Made by a program: the position numbers and the translations under genes. A DNA stretch of 34,657 nucleotides from a virus (lineage: Duplodnaviria > Caudoviricetes). How positions within the stretch are numbered: the first letter of the stretch is position 1; every line of letters starts with the position of its first letter. The stretch spans positions 1 to 34,657 of IMG/VR virus record IMGVR_UViG_3300033076_001306; one strand, given 5' to 3'. The notes below the pieces were generated by a model. That model saw nothing but the letters and a program-made list of their open reading frames with translations. It was not told where the DNA came from and made no database searches. Shown piece by piece: positions 17,573 to 26,938 of the stretch.

Positions 17573-17617
17573 AGGATTCCATGGGGATCATGGTCCTGTC
17601 GCTTGAACAGGAGGCGA
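17573..17617 (-). promoter_or_regulatory. late promoter motif copy 2
   Basis: TTGAACAGGAGGCGA at 17603-17617; AATCCT 24 nt away and 9 nt before ATG. Confidence 0.65.
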
Positions 17618-17622
17618 GAAAA

Positions 17623-17981
17623 TGGTGGACCTGGCGGGGGTCGAACCCGCGTCCTTCACTGATGTCCTGACAAATTTCAAACATGCTTATGGTGTGCCGT
17701 TGCGGTGGCTCTTGCCGTAGGGCGATCCGTTTTGGGATCACCTCCACCACTCACTGATGGGCGGCAGTGAGACCGTTTTGCCCGGTTTGTTTCCCCATCG
17801 GGAGCGGGCGCTCAATGGGGCGTGGATGCTCAGGCAGGAAGGGCGAGATCGCCGAATTCGGTGCCGGAGCGGGCATTGTTGGTGCCGTTTGTTGTCGTGA
17901 TCGGCTTTTAAAGGGGCCAACCGATCAACCCCTGCATGCTATTTGTCGGGATTCCAATGGAGTCGAAACCATTGCAGGCCC
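17623..17981 (-). ncRNA. ssrA: tmRNA
   Basis: 5' GGGCCTG pairs with 3' CAGGTCC-ACCA with G3.U; T-arm GCGGG-TTCGACC-CCCGC; helix 2 pairings GCATGC/GCATGT and GACAAAT/ATTTGTC; pk1 AGGGG..GATCGG..CCCCT..CCGATC; tag frame 17830-17886. Confidence 0.93.
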
Positions 17982-17987
17982 AGAAAG

Positions 17988-18064
17988 TGGTTGCGGGAGT
18001 CGGACTCGAACCGACGACCTCCGCGTTATGAGCGCGGCTATCTACCAACTGATGCTATCCCGCG
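17988..18064 (-). tRNA. tRNA-Met(CAT), initiator-like
   Basis: 77 nt cloverleaf; C1.A72 mismatch, anticodon loop CTCATAA, TTCGAGT T-loop, encoded CCA. Confidence 0.9.
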
Positions 18065-18069
18065 ACGGG

Positions 18070-18113
18070 AACCTGAACCGTCAACCGCTGGTTGTCAGTT
18101 GAACGGATGGCGA
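18070..18113 (-). promoter_or_regulatory. late promoter motif copy 3 (upstream of tRNA-tmRNA)
   Basis: TTGAACGGATGGCGA at 18099-18113; CAGGTT 23 nt away and 5 nt before the tRNA 5' end. Confidence 0.6.
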
Positions 18114-20111
18114 TTATTTCCCGGCCATCCAACCGGTGACGCGGGTATGGTTAAGGGGGCTGGGACCATCTGGGGAATAGACGTCAAAGCGGCCGGTGAG
18201 GTTACGGCCTTGGTAGCTGGCGGCGGTGCGGTCCATCCATCGACCGGTGTGGGTCTCCCCGTTGGCGAGTTTCAAGGTGATCAGGTCGCCAGGCTTGAAA
18301 CCGGATTCCCGAAGCTGGGCCTTCTTGTCGGGCGACACGGCGAAGTCCCCTGCGCGGAGTTTGTTCGGCGTGTCTTTTCCGGCTTTGATTTGCGCGGCCT
18401 CGTCGGCGGAAACCCAGGCACCGATTCCCGCGGCGCTGTTGCTGTCCGGGGTGGAGTCGGTCTTGTAGCCGTAGGAGGTGATGCGGTCGCCAGCGTCGGC
18501 GGAGTGGGTGGGATGTGGGTCAAACATGCCGGAGCGGAGTTGTGCGCGGGTTTCGGCACCGGCAATTTCAAAAACTTTGTCGTCGATCTCGGAGGCGGAG
18601 GCGGTGGGATTGGTCTTGAGGAACTCGGCGAGCTGGGTCTTGGCGCGGCCGAATTTCATCTGTGCGTCAATCTTGGCGATCGAGGCGGAGCGGATGGCCT
18701 CCGGCGACTGGTATTTCACGGCAGTCTGCTCGTTGAGGATGGCCTCGGCGGCGGCTTGGGTGAAGGGATCGGCCGTGATGTTCTGACGCTGGGACCAGGT
18801 AGGAGCGAGGGCCCGGAAAGCGGCGAGGCGCTGGGTATCTTTGAGGTCCCTGTCGGTGACGGTCTTGATTTGCTCCGGAGTGAGTCCCAGGCTGGCGAGC
18901 TTGTTGGAATCAGTGAGGAATCCGTCATTGATCACTCGGGCGACGGGCATTTCGGCGGTGCCGTCGTCGGTCTTTCCAAAGCGACCGGCCTTGAACGCGG
19001 CATCGAGCGCGGCGTGGGCGCTGTCGGCGTGGGTCTTGATCTCGGTCTGCTTCCCTTCCCGGACGTCCTTGATGCGGCGGTCGAGCTCGTCGCGCACGGC
19101 ACCGGGGGGAAGCGTGCGGGCGAGGCTGTCGATCTTCACGAAATCCGTGTCGAAGGAATCCGACGTCGGGGTGTAGGTGGCGAGGAGGGCGGAAACTTTC
19201 CCGACCGTCTGGGCCTGATACTCGGGAGTGGCGCGGGCGGCCTTGTCGGCCTGGGAAAGCTGCTGGGCCAGGGCGGTCTTCAGTTCCTCACGGGCGGCGG
19301 GGCGGAGTTCCGGGGTTAAGCGGTCAATCTGCTCCGGGGTGGTGATGTTTCCGGACACGATCGCGTCCTGGATTTTTCCGGTGACGTCGTAGGTGACGCT
19401 GCGGAGCTGCTGCTTGGCGTGGGATTGAAGATTGGACCATGAGCCCATGTCGTATCCCGGGGCGGGCTTGTCGGCCGGGTTTGCCTCGAGCCAGGCGTTG
19501 GGATCGTGGGCGATCTCGGCGAGGGCTTCGTTGTGGCTGACGGTTTTCTCGAAACCCTGCTCGAGGAGCGCGCGTTTCTCAGGAAGCACGATGCCGGCGG
19601 CCTGGGCACGGTTCAGGGCGTCCTGGAATCCTGCATGGTCGCCGGCCTGCATGGCGGATTCCATTTCGTTGTTGAGGGCCAGGGAGGCGCGTTGAACCGT
19701 GAGGCGCGCGGCGTCCTGCGCGGAGTTGATCCGGGCGTTGGTGGCGAACTCGTCGTAGTGGATGGCCAGGCGTTTCTTGGTGTCCTCGCTGAAATCCTGC
19801 TGGTCGATCGCGCCCTTGTAGGTGGAAAGCCAGTCCTGTGTCTGCTTCACGCGCTCGGCCGGATCCTGGATCTTGTCGAGGCCGAGGCTGAAATTGGCGT
19901 AGTCCTCCTTCAACTTGTTCCGGAACGAGGATTCCTTTTCAGCCTGGTCGACCTTGTCGATGGTCTCGGCGTGGGCGGCAAAGGCTTCCCCGGCGCCACT
20001 GATCGCCTGGGCGAGGTTTCCCAGGGCGCGGCTTTGCGGGAGATTGCCGGACATTTCCGGCATGCGGGCGGCGACTGGCTGAAGGTCGGGGGTGTCGGGG
20101 AGGCGGATCAT
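18114..20111 (-). CDS. internal virion protein with C-terminal 3D/DPBB-like peptidoglycan-lytic domain
   Basis: Start MIRLPD (ATGA overlap); helical body; C-terminal ITSYGY..AVSPD..KPGD..MDRT..RFDVY. Confidence 0.7.
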   Translation of the reverse strand: MIRLPDTPDLQPVAARMPEMSGNLPQSRALGNLAQAISGAGEAFAAHAETIDKVDQAEKESSFRNKLKEDYANFSLGLDKIQDPAERVKQTQDWLSTYKGAIDQQDFSEDTKKRLAIHYDEFATNARINSAQDAARLTVQRASLALNNEMESAMQAGDHAGFQDALNRAQAAGIVLPEKRALLEQGFEKTVSHNEALAEIAHDPNAWLEANPADKPAPGYDMGSWSNLQSHAKQQLRSVTYDVTGKIQDAIVSGNITTPEQIDRLTPELRPAAREELKTALAQQLSQADKAARATPEYQAQTVGKVSALLATYTPTSDSFDTDFVKIDSLARTLPPGAVRDELDRRIKDVREGKQTEIKTHADSAHAALDAAFKAGRFGKTDDGTAEMPVARVINDGFLTDSNKLASLGLTPEQIKTVTDRDLKDTQRLAAFRALAPTWSQRQNITADPFTQAAAEAILNEQTAVKYQSPEAIRSASIAKIDAQMKFGRAKTQLAEFLKTNPTASASEIDDKVFEIAGAETRAQLRSGMFDPHPTHSADAGDRITSYGYKTDSTPDSNSAAGIGAWVSADEAAQIKAGKDTPNKLRAGDFAVSPDKKAQLRESGFKPGDLITLKLANGETHTGRWMDRTAASYQGRNLTGRFDVYSPDGPSPLNHTRVTGWMAGK

Positions 20112-20575
20112 GAGCGTTTGGTGCGGACGTAGCCGGTGTAGGCGGAGGTGGCGGCGGAGAGGCCAGTGGCGACGCTGTTGATGTTGGCGGCCTGCTGGCC
20201 TTGGTCGGCTTCCCAGAGTCCCATTTGGCCTTGAGCACGGAGGGATGCGGCCTGCATGTTGGCGGCGCGGGCGGCGTCCTGGATGCCGAGGTTGAGGTTG
20301 GCGGAGGATTCGCCGAGGATGGCGAGCGGTGTCCCCTCGGTGTTGATCAGGCCATTCCCGGCCATCTGGTTCCGGATCTCGGCAAGCTGTCGGCGGTTTC
20401 GGATGCGCTCGCGCTTGAGCTGCTCCGCGTTCTGGAGTTCCACATTCTTCGCCTCCTGATTGGCGACGATGTTGTTGTACTGCGCGGCCTTGGTCTGGGC
20501 CTTGGCCTGCTGCTGTTGGCCGTAGATGGTGGCAGCGGTGGAAACGACGGTAACGCCTACGACGATCCAGGACAT
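20108..20575 (-). CDS. internal virion protein (T7 gp14-like position)
   Basis: Hydrophobic N-terminus then A/Q-rich helix, typical of ejected pilot proteins; follows tail genes. Confidence 0.7.
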   Translation of the reverse strand: MSWIVVGVTVVSTAATIYGQQQQAKAQTKAAQYNNIVANQEAKNVELQNAEQLKRERIRNRRQLAEIRNQMAGNGLINTEGTPLAILGESSANLNLGIQDAARAANMQAASLRAQGQMGLWEADQGQQAANINSVATGLSAATSAYTGYVRTKRS

Positions 20576-20577
20576 GA

Positions 20578-21018
20578 TCAGGTGGGGGATGGGAGTGAAT
20601 CACGCCATCCGGGAATAAGTTCCGGGGCGAGGGGGTTGTGGTGGCGGACGATGGTCTGGCCGATCTTTTCCACGTCCGTCTCAGTGGTGACGTGGAAGGT
20701 GGTCCAGATGGTATCCTCCAGCGCATGAAGGGCCCGGCGGGTGCCTGGCTGGGTGATGCCGGTATGCGGCGCGGAAAGGGTGACGCTGGTGCCGTGGGAG
20801 TCGGTCACTTCGATGACTCCCTTGGAAATGACGAAGGGATGCTCGGTGAGGTGCTCCATGCTGGTGAGAAGCGTCCCTGCAGGAATCAGGATCTCCCGGA
20901 TGTAGAGGCCGGGGGTGAAGCGGTGAGTGACTTCCAAGTGCACGCGCGGGGCTCCGCTGGCGAGCATGGCGGCCTCCAGTTCGTCGATCGTCGGGTGTTG
21001 TGGATCGAGGAGGTTCAT
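20578..21018 (-). CDS. cupin-fold phage protein
   Basis: HRFTPGLYIREILIPAGT...EHLTEH...GTRRALHALEDTIWTTFH; ATGA-coupled to the tail gene. Confidence 0.75.
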   Translation of the reverse strand: MNLLDPQHPTIDELEAAMLASGAPRVHLEVTHRFTPGLYIREILIPAGTLLTSMEHLTEHPFVISKGVIEVTDSHGTSVTLSAPHTGITQPGTRRALHALEDTIWTTFHVTTETDVEKIGQTIVRHHNPLAPELIPGWRDSLPSPT

Positions 21019-23519
21019 TTTTCGTGAAGGCTCCAGCGGAGGACGATGGCACGCGCAAGGAAGGGGTAGGGCTCGGCGTGGGTAAGGGTGAACGTGAGAT
21101 CGTTGACGTGGGCCTGTGGGAGGACGGTTTCGAGGATGCCGGTGCCCCACTTGGCGATCTTGTTCGTGTCGTAGACGAGGGGTTGATCCAGCCCTGCGTA
21201 GGTCACCGTGCCGCCATTGGACGAATAGGCGTTGATCACGATTTCGTTGGCGCGCTTTTTCCGGAAGTGCGTCGGGCCGTTGTCGGCATTCACGTCGAGC
21301 GGGAGCGTGGTGAGGGTGGCCGTGATGGGGAGGCCTGCGTGGCAGACGTCGTAGGGAGACGCGGCGGCAACGGAGGTGGTGAGGAGGCCGGTGGAGGCGT
21401 TGCAAGTGGCGGTCCCGGCAACGAGGCCTCGGCAAATCGTGACGGTGGTGCCGCGGTGGATGGCGGGGAGGGCGAGGGTAGAGAAAACGCCCACGCTGCC
21501 GCAATCGACTCCATGATAGGAGAGGGTGACGCCTTCGCCTTCCTGGTAGGCCTGCTGGCGGCTGGCAAACTTTTCGAGGATGTAGGAGCTTCCGCGCTTC
21601 ACCACGAAGAACACGGAATCGTCATTGGCCTGGTTTCGAACTACGGCGACGGACTTGAACTCTCCATTGCTGGTGGTGTGGCGCGACCACGCGGCAATCT
21701 GCTCGTCGCGGTTGTAGTTGAAGGCAAGCATGGTCCCATCGGCGCGGACGGCCCAGAGGTAGGGCTCCCGGTTTTGCTGCCAGGCAAGCTGGGTGATTCC
21801 TCCGGTGGTGATATGCTCGGCAAGGCGGGAAAGATCGGCGGCGTCATAGCTCTCGTTTTGGAGCTGGTAAGCCATTTCGCGGAGGCGTCGGCCTTGGCGT
21901 TCCACAAAGAAAATCGAATCGTGATGGACCAAGGCGGGAAGCGTGGTCGATCCAAAGCGGGTGTATTCCCGGGCGAGGAGGTTGGAAGGGGAAAGCGGCG
22001 AGTCGCTGGTTTCCGATCCGAATACCCATTCGCCTCCACCGGTGCCGATGAAAAGACGGCGCTGGCTGGCGATCCAGCGGATGGGGTCCATGCGGGTGCC
22101 GGCGAGCGTCACGAAAATGGCGCTGTCGGCATCGGTGCCGGTCTTGAAGTTGATCAGGTCGTCGGTTTTCGAGGTCCAGACGCTGGCCGGTTTCAAGGTG
22201 GTGCCTCCGAAGACGAGGCGGCGTTCGTGAATGCCCACGGCGGCCGGATAGCCTTGGTAGGCGGAAAAGGCTCCCTCGGTCCAATACTCCGTGGTGCAGG
22301 CCTCCACGGGCGTCACGCTGGTGGCGGTCACGCTGGTGCTGGAGGTAAAGGCGGTGATCTTGACCAGGCCGGAGATGAAAGGTTCCGAAGAGGAAAGAAC
22401 ACCCTTGGGACTGGAAGATCCGGCGGCGCTGTAGGACCATTTCACGCGCATCATGACGCGGACGTCCTCCACGCCTTCGTCGGCGACGTTGCGGTTTTTC
22501 TCTCCCTTGTATTGGCGGAAGTCGGTCCAGGTGACTCCGTGGTCGAGGCTGCGCTGGAGAATGAAAGTGCCCTCCCAAGTTCCAAACGTGTTGAATGCCC
22601 AAGCGCCTTCGATCGGGATCGCATTGGACCATTTCCCATCGTTGCCACTGGTGGCGGCGATTTCGGTTTCGAAGAGACTGGCGGGGCGCTTCTTGGAAAT
22701 TTTGAAGATGGCTCCGACGTGGGAGGAGGAAAAGAGGGCGGAAGAGGAGGTGAGGGTTACGGATTGGCCGATCGTGCTGCTGCTGTCGTCGGCGTATTTC
22801 CAGACGGTCGCCCAAAAGGTGCCGGTGTTCGGTTTGTTGTTGGCGGTGTTGGCGGTGTGGCCAACGGTGCACTCGAAGCTCCCGACGCCTGCCACTTTGA
22901 CGATGTCGCCGACTGCGTAAACGGTGCCGTTGGTCCAGGTGGAGCCGATCGAATTGGTGAATGCGGTGGTGAGGGTGAGGCTTGAGTTGGCGTTCTCGTC
23001 GAGGAGGGGCGGATAACTGAAGGGGATCTCGGCGAGGGAAAAGGTGGCGGTGGCCAGGGTGAGGGAAATCTGCTGCGGGACAATGTCCGGGCCAGTGATG
23101 AACATCACGTTGTTGACCTGCGCCATCTGGAGCAGGAACGGATCGGCCGTGGCCAGGGAAAGCGTTTGCGTGAGGGTTCCGTCCGACTGGTAGACTTTGA
23201 TCTGGGTCGTCGAGAAAGCCAGGATGTAGGCGCGGCCATCGCCTTCGTCCGGGATTTCTCCGGTGAAGGGTGGCAGCGTGGGCACTCCGTAGGCCTGGCC
23301 TCCGGATACGTAGAAAGTCTGGAGGCGACACGCGTCGGAAAGCGTGGCGAGGTAGAGGGTGCCGGGCCGTTTCCGGAATCCACCGAAAGGCATGGGGAGG
23401 AAATTCTCCATCACGGCCACGCCGGTGGCATGCTTGGTGAAATCGGTGCGATAGTTCAGGTAGGGAGAAAGCTCTCCCCCATTGAACGAAAGAAACGATT
23501 GGTGAATGGGTCCGGCCAT
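21015..23519 (-). CDS. tail tubular/nozzle protein B (T7 gp12-like)
   Basis: N-terminal SFNGGELSP..RTD, GGFRKRPG, GYPAAVGIHERRLVFGG, QIAAWSRH. Confidence 0.85.
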   Translation of the reverse strand: MAGPIHQSFLSFNGGELSPYLNYRTDFTKHATGVAVMENFLPMPFGGFRKRPGTLYLATLSDACRLQTFYVSGGQAYGVPTLPPFTGEIPDEGDGRAYILAFSTTQIKVYQSDGTLTQTLSLATADPFLLQMAQVNNVMFITGPDIVPQQISLTLATATFSLAEIPFSYPPLLDENANSSLTLTTAFTNSIGSTWTNGTVYAVGDIVKVAGVGSFECTVGHTANTANNKPNTGTFWATVWKYADDSSSTIGQSVTLTSSSALFSSSHVGAIFKISKKRPASLFETEIAATSGNDGKWSNAIPIEGAWAFNTFGTWEGTFILQRSLDHGVTWTDFRQYKGEKNRNVADEGVEDVRVMMRVKWSYSAAGSSSPKGVLSSSEPFISGLVKITAFTSSTSVTATSVTPVEACTTEYWTEGAFSAYQGYPAAVGIHERRLVFGGTTLKPASVWTSKTDDLINFKTGTDADSAIFVTLAGTRMDPIRWIASQRRLFIGTGGGEWVFGSETSDSPLSPSNLLAREYTRFGSTTLPALVHHDSIFFVERQGRRLREMAYQLQNESYDAADLSRLAEHITTGGITQLAWQQNREPYLWAVRADGTMLAFNYNRDEQIAAWSRHTTSNGEFKSVAVVRNQANDDSVFFVVKRGSSYILEKFASRQQAYQEGEGVTLSYHGVDCGSVGVFSTLALPAIHRGTTVTICRGLVAGTATCNASTGLLTTSVAAASPYDVCHAGLPITATLTTLPLDVNADNGPTHFRKKRANEIVINAYSSNGGTVTYAGLDQPLVYDTNKIAKWGTGILETVLPQAHVNDLTFTLTHAEPYPFLARAIVLRWSLHEK

Positions 23520-23522
23520 GGA

Positions 23523-24191
23523 TCAGACTGGAGGCTGGGGGGAATAGGAAACTCCGGAGCGGGATCCAAAGCGGGACCGGACAAGATTGCTCTGGGAGAT
23601 CAGGGATTGAGGTCCAAAGTTTTCACCGGAGGCGACTTCGCGGGCGTCGGCATTGGTGGCCGCGACGAGTGCAAGGTTGTTGAACTTGGTGAGAACGTCG
23701 TTCTCCATGCTCATGTCTTCCGTGATTCGTCGCGCAATTTTGGATGCGAGCTTGAAGACCAGGGCTTCAATAAACAGGGAATCGTAGTCGGTGATGGCAG
23801 CCGAGTTGCACACGTAAACGATGTTGATGTGCTCGGTGGCAGCATCCACGCCGGTCACCAGTAGCTTTCGGCCTTCCAGGGCAAATTTCCGGACGGGATT
23901 GCTGGGATCCTCGCCAACGATCCGAATCAGTCGGACATGATCGGAGGGCAAGGTCCAGGCGCTGGTCCATTCGGTGGTGGGCGCGGTGGTGGAGGTCAGT
24001 TCCGCGCGCTTGGTGGCAAAGTTCCACTGGTAGGACCGCAAGAGGCTGTCCCGGGTGATCGTGTAGAACTGCCGGCATGCTTTTCCCTCCTCGGTGGTAT
24101 CGGTTTCGATGTCGGTAAGCTGGCGAGCTCCGATTTCGGACAGGGCCAGATTGGCGATGTCGGTGGTGGTGGAAATGGTGGGGAGGGACAT
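23523..24191 (-). CDS. tail tubular/adaptor protein A (T7 gp11-like)
   Basis: DIANLALSEIG...RDSLLRSYQWNFA...LPSD...YDSLFIEALVFKLA. Confidence 0.85.
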   Translation of the reverse strand: MSLPTISTTTDIANLALSEIGARQLTDIETDTTEEGKACRQFYTITRDSLLRSYQWNFATKRAELTSTTAPTTEWTSAWTLPSDHVRLIRIVGEDPSNPVRKFALEGRKLLVTGVDAATEHINIVYVCNSAAITDYDSLFIEALVFKLASKIARRITEDMSMENDVLTKFNNLALVAATNADAREVASGENFGPQSLISQSNLVRSRFGSRSGVSYSPQPPV

Positions 24192-24199
24192 GAGTCAGG

Positions 24200-24250
24200 A
24201 AAAAGAAAACCGCCCGCGCTTTCGGCTCCGAAGAACCTGGGCGCGGGCGG
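24200..24250 (-). terminator. intrinsic terminator after capsid/decoration genes
   Basis: CCGCCCGCGC/GCGCGGGCGG stem with internal cUUCGg hairpin, followed by TTTTCTTTTT. Confidence 0.8.
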
Positions 24251-24283
24251 CACACCCATTCGTCAAACGCGCAAGGAAACGCT

Positions 24284-24757
24284 TCAGGCTTTCACCCGGT
24301 AGGCGATCGTAAAGATCACCTTCACCGCGGCGGTCAGCGATGCGGCGGAGGCCACGGTGCAGACAATCCGCTGGTTGGCGGTTGTGGCGATGCGGTAAGG
24401 CGTCGCGACGGCGGCCGGGATATTGGTGTTGGTGAACGGAACCGCCCCGCCGGCACTCAGCACAATGCCGGATGCGTAGCGGTCATCGTCGGCGGCGTCG
24501 CCGACTTTGAGGGTGAGGGTGGTTCCGGGGTCGGCGCTGGTGGTGCAGTAGGACAACTGCGGGACAACGACGGCACCAAGCGGAAGATCAACGAGCTGGA
24601 TCGTGTCGTTGGCGGCCTCGGTCCCCGCCAGCGTGTAGCTGATGGTGGACATGAGAACCACGCCGGTCACGTCGTCGCCGTCGACCAGGCCAGTGCTCAG
24701 GCGACCGGAGTCGACTGCGAGCTGCTTGGTGATGATGGAGGAATTGAAGTCAGCCAT
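24284..24757 (-). CDS. capsid decoration/cement protein
   Basis: 157-aa beta-rich protein directly after the capsid gene (DTIQLVDLPLGAVV..TLKVGD..DRY). Confidence 0.7.
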   Translation of the reverse strand: MADFNSSIITKQLAVDSGRLSTGLVDGDDVTGVVLMSTISYTLAGTEAANDTIQLVDLPLGAVVVPQLSYCTTSADPGTTLTLKVGDAADDDRYASGIVLSAGGAVPFTNTNIPAAVATPYRIATTANQRIVCTVASAASLTAAVKVIFTIAYRVKA

Positions 24758-24796
24758 GATGGTGGAATTCTAGGAGTTGATGGTGATGGAGGTGGA

Positions 24797-25744
24797 TCAG
24801 GCGACAACGATGCCGGAGATCTGGACAACCTTCTCCTCTTCCAGGCGGACCGCATTCAGGGAGTACTGAGTGAGGAACTGGATGGCGTTGGAGAGGTCCG
24901 GACGGCGGTCGACGGTGGTGGTCATGTCTTCCCAGACTCCGAACTGGATGGCGTCCTGCACCCACACGAAAGCCGTGTGGACGGTGCTGGAGGTGATCAG
25001 TCCGTCGCGGTTGGAGATGGTCCAGTTGATGCCGAGGAACGTTTTGATGCGGCCCTTGTCGTCCAACGTCATGGGCATGAAGTCGGTGCTGAAAAGGCGG
25101 GATCCCGAGGTGGAGCTGGCTTCGTGGCGGAGCGCGGCTTCCATCTTGGAAGTCATCACGCCTTGAAGCATGACGCCGGAGCGCATCATGTCTTCGTTCC
25201 ATGCCTCGTTGTTGCCGAGGATTTCAAGAGAGCGAATCACCTTGGCGACCGAGAGGCCGGAGTCGGTGGCGGAACCGGTGAGAACCCAGTCCTTGGCAAC
25301 CTTCTGGGTGCTGGGGAGTGCGTTGGCATCGGTGCCTTCCGCGCCGGAGTAGGCGGTTCCCTTGAGGGCGTTGATGATGCGGTCGTCGACGTCCTTGCCA
25401 TAGGCGCGGGCGTGGGCGAGCACATGCTTTCCGCGCGGGGCGATCGTCGGCATGAGGCCGCGTTCATCCCAGCGGGATTCAAAGGTGGGAACCTGGAACT
25501 GACGCGGGCGGAGCCAGCGCTTGGCAGTCGGCAGGTCAACGGCGACCACTTTCTTGTAGCGGTCTCCGGTCACGTCTTCGGAAGAGACGTCGCCGACTTG
25601 GTTGTAGGTCTTGGCTTCACCGGTGCAGCCGGTTTCGACTACGACTTTGGAACGAAGGCGTTCGTTCTGCTGGCCGACGAGGTTGCGCCAGTTCGTGTCG
25701 AACTGGGTCGTGAAATGTTGTGGGATAATGAGGTCTGCGGACAT
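24797..25744 (-). CDS. major capsid protein
   Basis: HFTTQFDTNWRNLVGQQNERLR, KDVDDRIINAL, FLGINW, GVWEDMTTTVDRRPDLS, AVRLEEEKVVQI. Confidence 0.9.
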   Translation of the reverse strand: MSADLIIPQHFTTQFDTNWRNLVGQQNERLRSKVVVETGCTGEAKTYNQVGDVSSEDVTGDRYKKVVAVDLPTAKRWLRPRQFQVPTFESRWDERGLMPTIAPRGKHVLAHARAYGKDVDDRIINALKGTAYSGAEGTDANALPSTQKVAKDWVLTGSATDSGLSVAKVIRSLEILGNNEAWNEDMMRSGVMLQGVMTSKMEAALRHEASSTSGSRLFSTDFMPMTLDDKGRIKTFLGINWTISNRDGLITSSTVHTAFVWVQDAIQFGVWEDMTTTVDRRPDLSNAIQFLTQYSLNAVRLEEEKVVQISGIVVA

Positions 25745-25884
25745 GGCAGGAATAGAGAGTTCGGAGTTGATGAGGTTCCGGCTCGATAGTCCTCGGGAGA
25801 GGGTCGTTGCCTGCGGGAACGTCCCGGTGGCGGCGATCTCCGGCGGGTCCGCGATGGGATAGTCCGTCTTTCGACTGCATGCGC

Positions 25885-25928
25885 ATGATCAGGGAAATCG
25901 CGAAACCTGTCGCTTGAACAGGTGGCAA
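25885..25928 (-). promoter_or_regulatory. late promoter motif copy 4 (capsid)
   Basis: TTGAACAGGTGGCAA at 25914-25928; GATCAT 23 nt away. Confidence 0.65.
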
Positions 25929-25964
25929 AAAGAAAACCCCTGGGACAATGTATGTCCCAGGGGT
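25927..25964 (-). terminator. intrinsic terminator after scaffold gene
   Basis: 12-bp stem ACCCCTGGGACA/TGTCCCAGGGGT plus TTTCTTTTT. Confidence 0.85.
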
Positions 25965-25999
25965 CCCCCTGTTTGCTGGTCCAGCCAGACCGGCAAAGT

Positions 26000-26911
26000 T
26001 TACGCGGATTGCTTGAGGAGATCGGCGACCATGTTCATGGCCTGAATGTCTCCGTTCTGGTATTTCTCTCCCCAGACCGGATCCTTTCCGCTCATGATTT
26101 CGTCAGCCTTCTGGCGCGGGCTGCGGAGATCACCGAATCCGGCCGGCGTGCGGACGTGGTCCTCGGCCGTGAGATTGGAAACGTGGAGCATGAGCTTGGC
26201 GAACGCCGGGATGTTGGCCAGTTGCTCGATGGCGGCATTGTCGGCCGTGATTCCTGCACCTTCCGCCAGCTTGCTCATGAGGTGGCGGACGATGCTGGTG
26301 TTCTTCTCGAAGTTGCCACGCCATTCCGCGATCAGTTCATTCTTGGCTTCTGCCAGGCGGTTGGCCTGGGCATCGCGTTGGGCCTGCGCGTGTGCGGCCT
26401 CGATCTCGATCTGGGCGGCGACAAGGGCCTGCATGGCCGGCGCGGGCACGTGATGCTTGTGCGCGATTTCGGCGAGCTTCTTGCCTGCTTCCGGGTCCCA
26501 GGTGACACCCTCGGGGAGGGTTTCCGGTGGGGCGATGCCGTAGGCGTCCGGGGTTTCCGGCACGTTGGCGAGCTGGCGGAAACGAGCAACATCTTCCGGC
26601 GAGGAGGTTTCCGTGGGATAGGACGGGCCAGCGCCACGGAAATGGATCAGGGACTTGGCCAGGCCTTTGATGTCCTTGAAGGTGGCGAGCTGGGCCGCGT
26701 GGGGCGCAAACTCGTCTCCAAGTGCCAGGTGCCAATCCTTTTCCAGCGTGCCGTCTGGCTTCAGGTAGGTGGGCGTGGAAGGCGCGGCCGGTGGTGGCGT
26801 GGTGGCCGGCGGCGCGGTGCTGTCGATCACGGCGGGCGTGGTCGCTGGCGGTGGCGTGGTGGCCGGTGGTGCTCCGGTATCGGGTGGATCGATGGTGGCT
26901 GTGTCGGACAT
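26000..26911 (-). CDS. capsid assembly/scaffolding protein
   Basis: P/T/A-rich N-terminus, FKDIKGLAKS, PETPDAY, ELIAEW; located before the capsid gene. Confidence 0.8.
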   Translation of the reverse strand: MSDTATIDPPDTGAPPATTPPPATTPAVIDSTAPPATTPPPAAPSTPTYLKPDGTLEKDWHLALGDEFAPHAAQLATFKDIKGLAKSLIHFRGAGPSYPTETSSPEDVARFRQLANVPETPDAYGIAPPETLPEGVTWDPEAGKKLAEIAHKHHVPAPAMQALVAAQIEIEAAHAQAQRDAQANRLAEAKNELIAEWRGNFEKNTSIVRHLMSKLAEGAGITADNAAIEQLANIPAFAKLMLHVSNLTAEDHVRTPAGFGDLRSPRQKADEIMSGKDPVWGEKYQNGDIQAMNMVADLLKQSA

Positions 26912-26938
26912 GGGAAACAGGGATTGAGGGTGTGGGGA

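Noticed and set aside
17738-17920. 60-aa ORF and other ORFs over the RNA genes
   Set aside because: They overlap the tmRNA and tRNA; the meaningful frame is the tag peptide
21000-22985. Long plus-strand ORFs (also 17943..19319, 25922..27178, 27536..28630)
   Set aside because: Antisense shadows of well-supported GC-rich minus-strand genes, with no recognisable motifs
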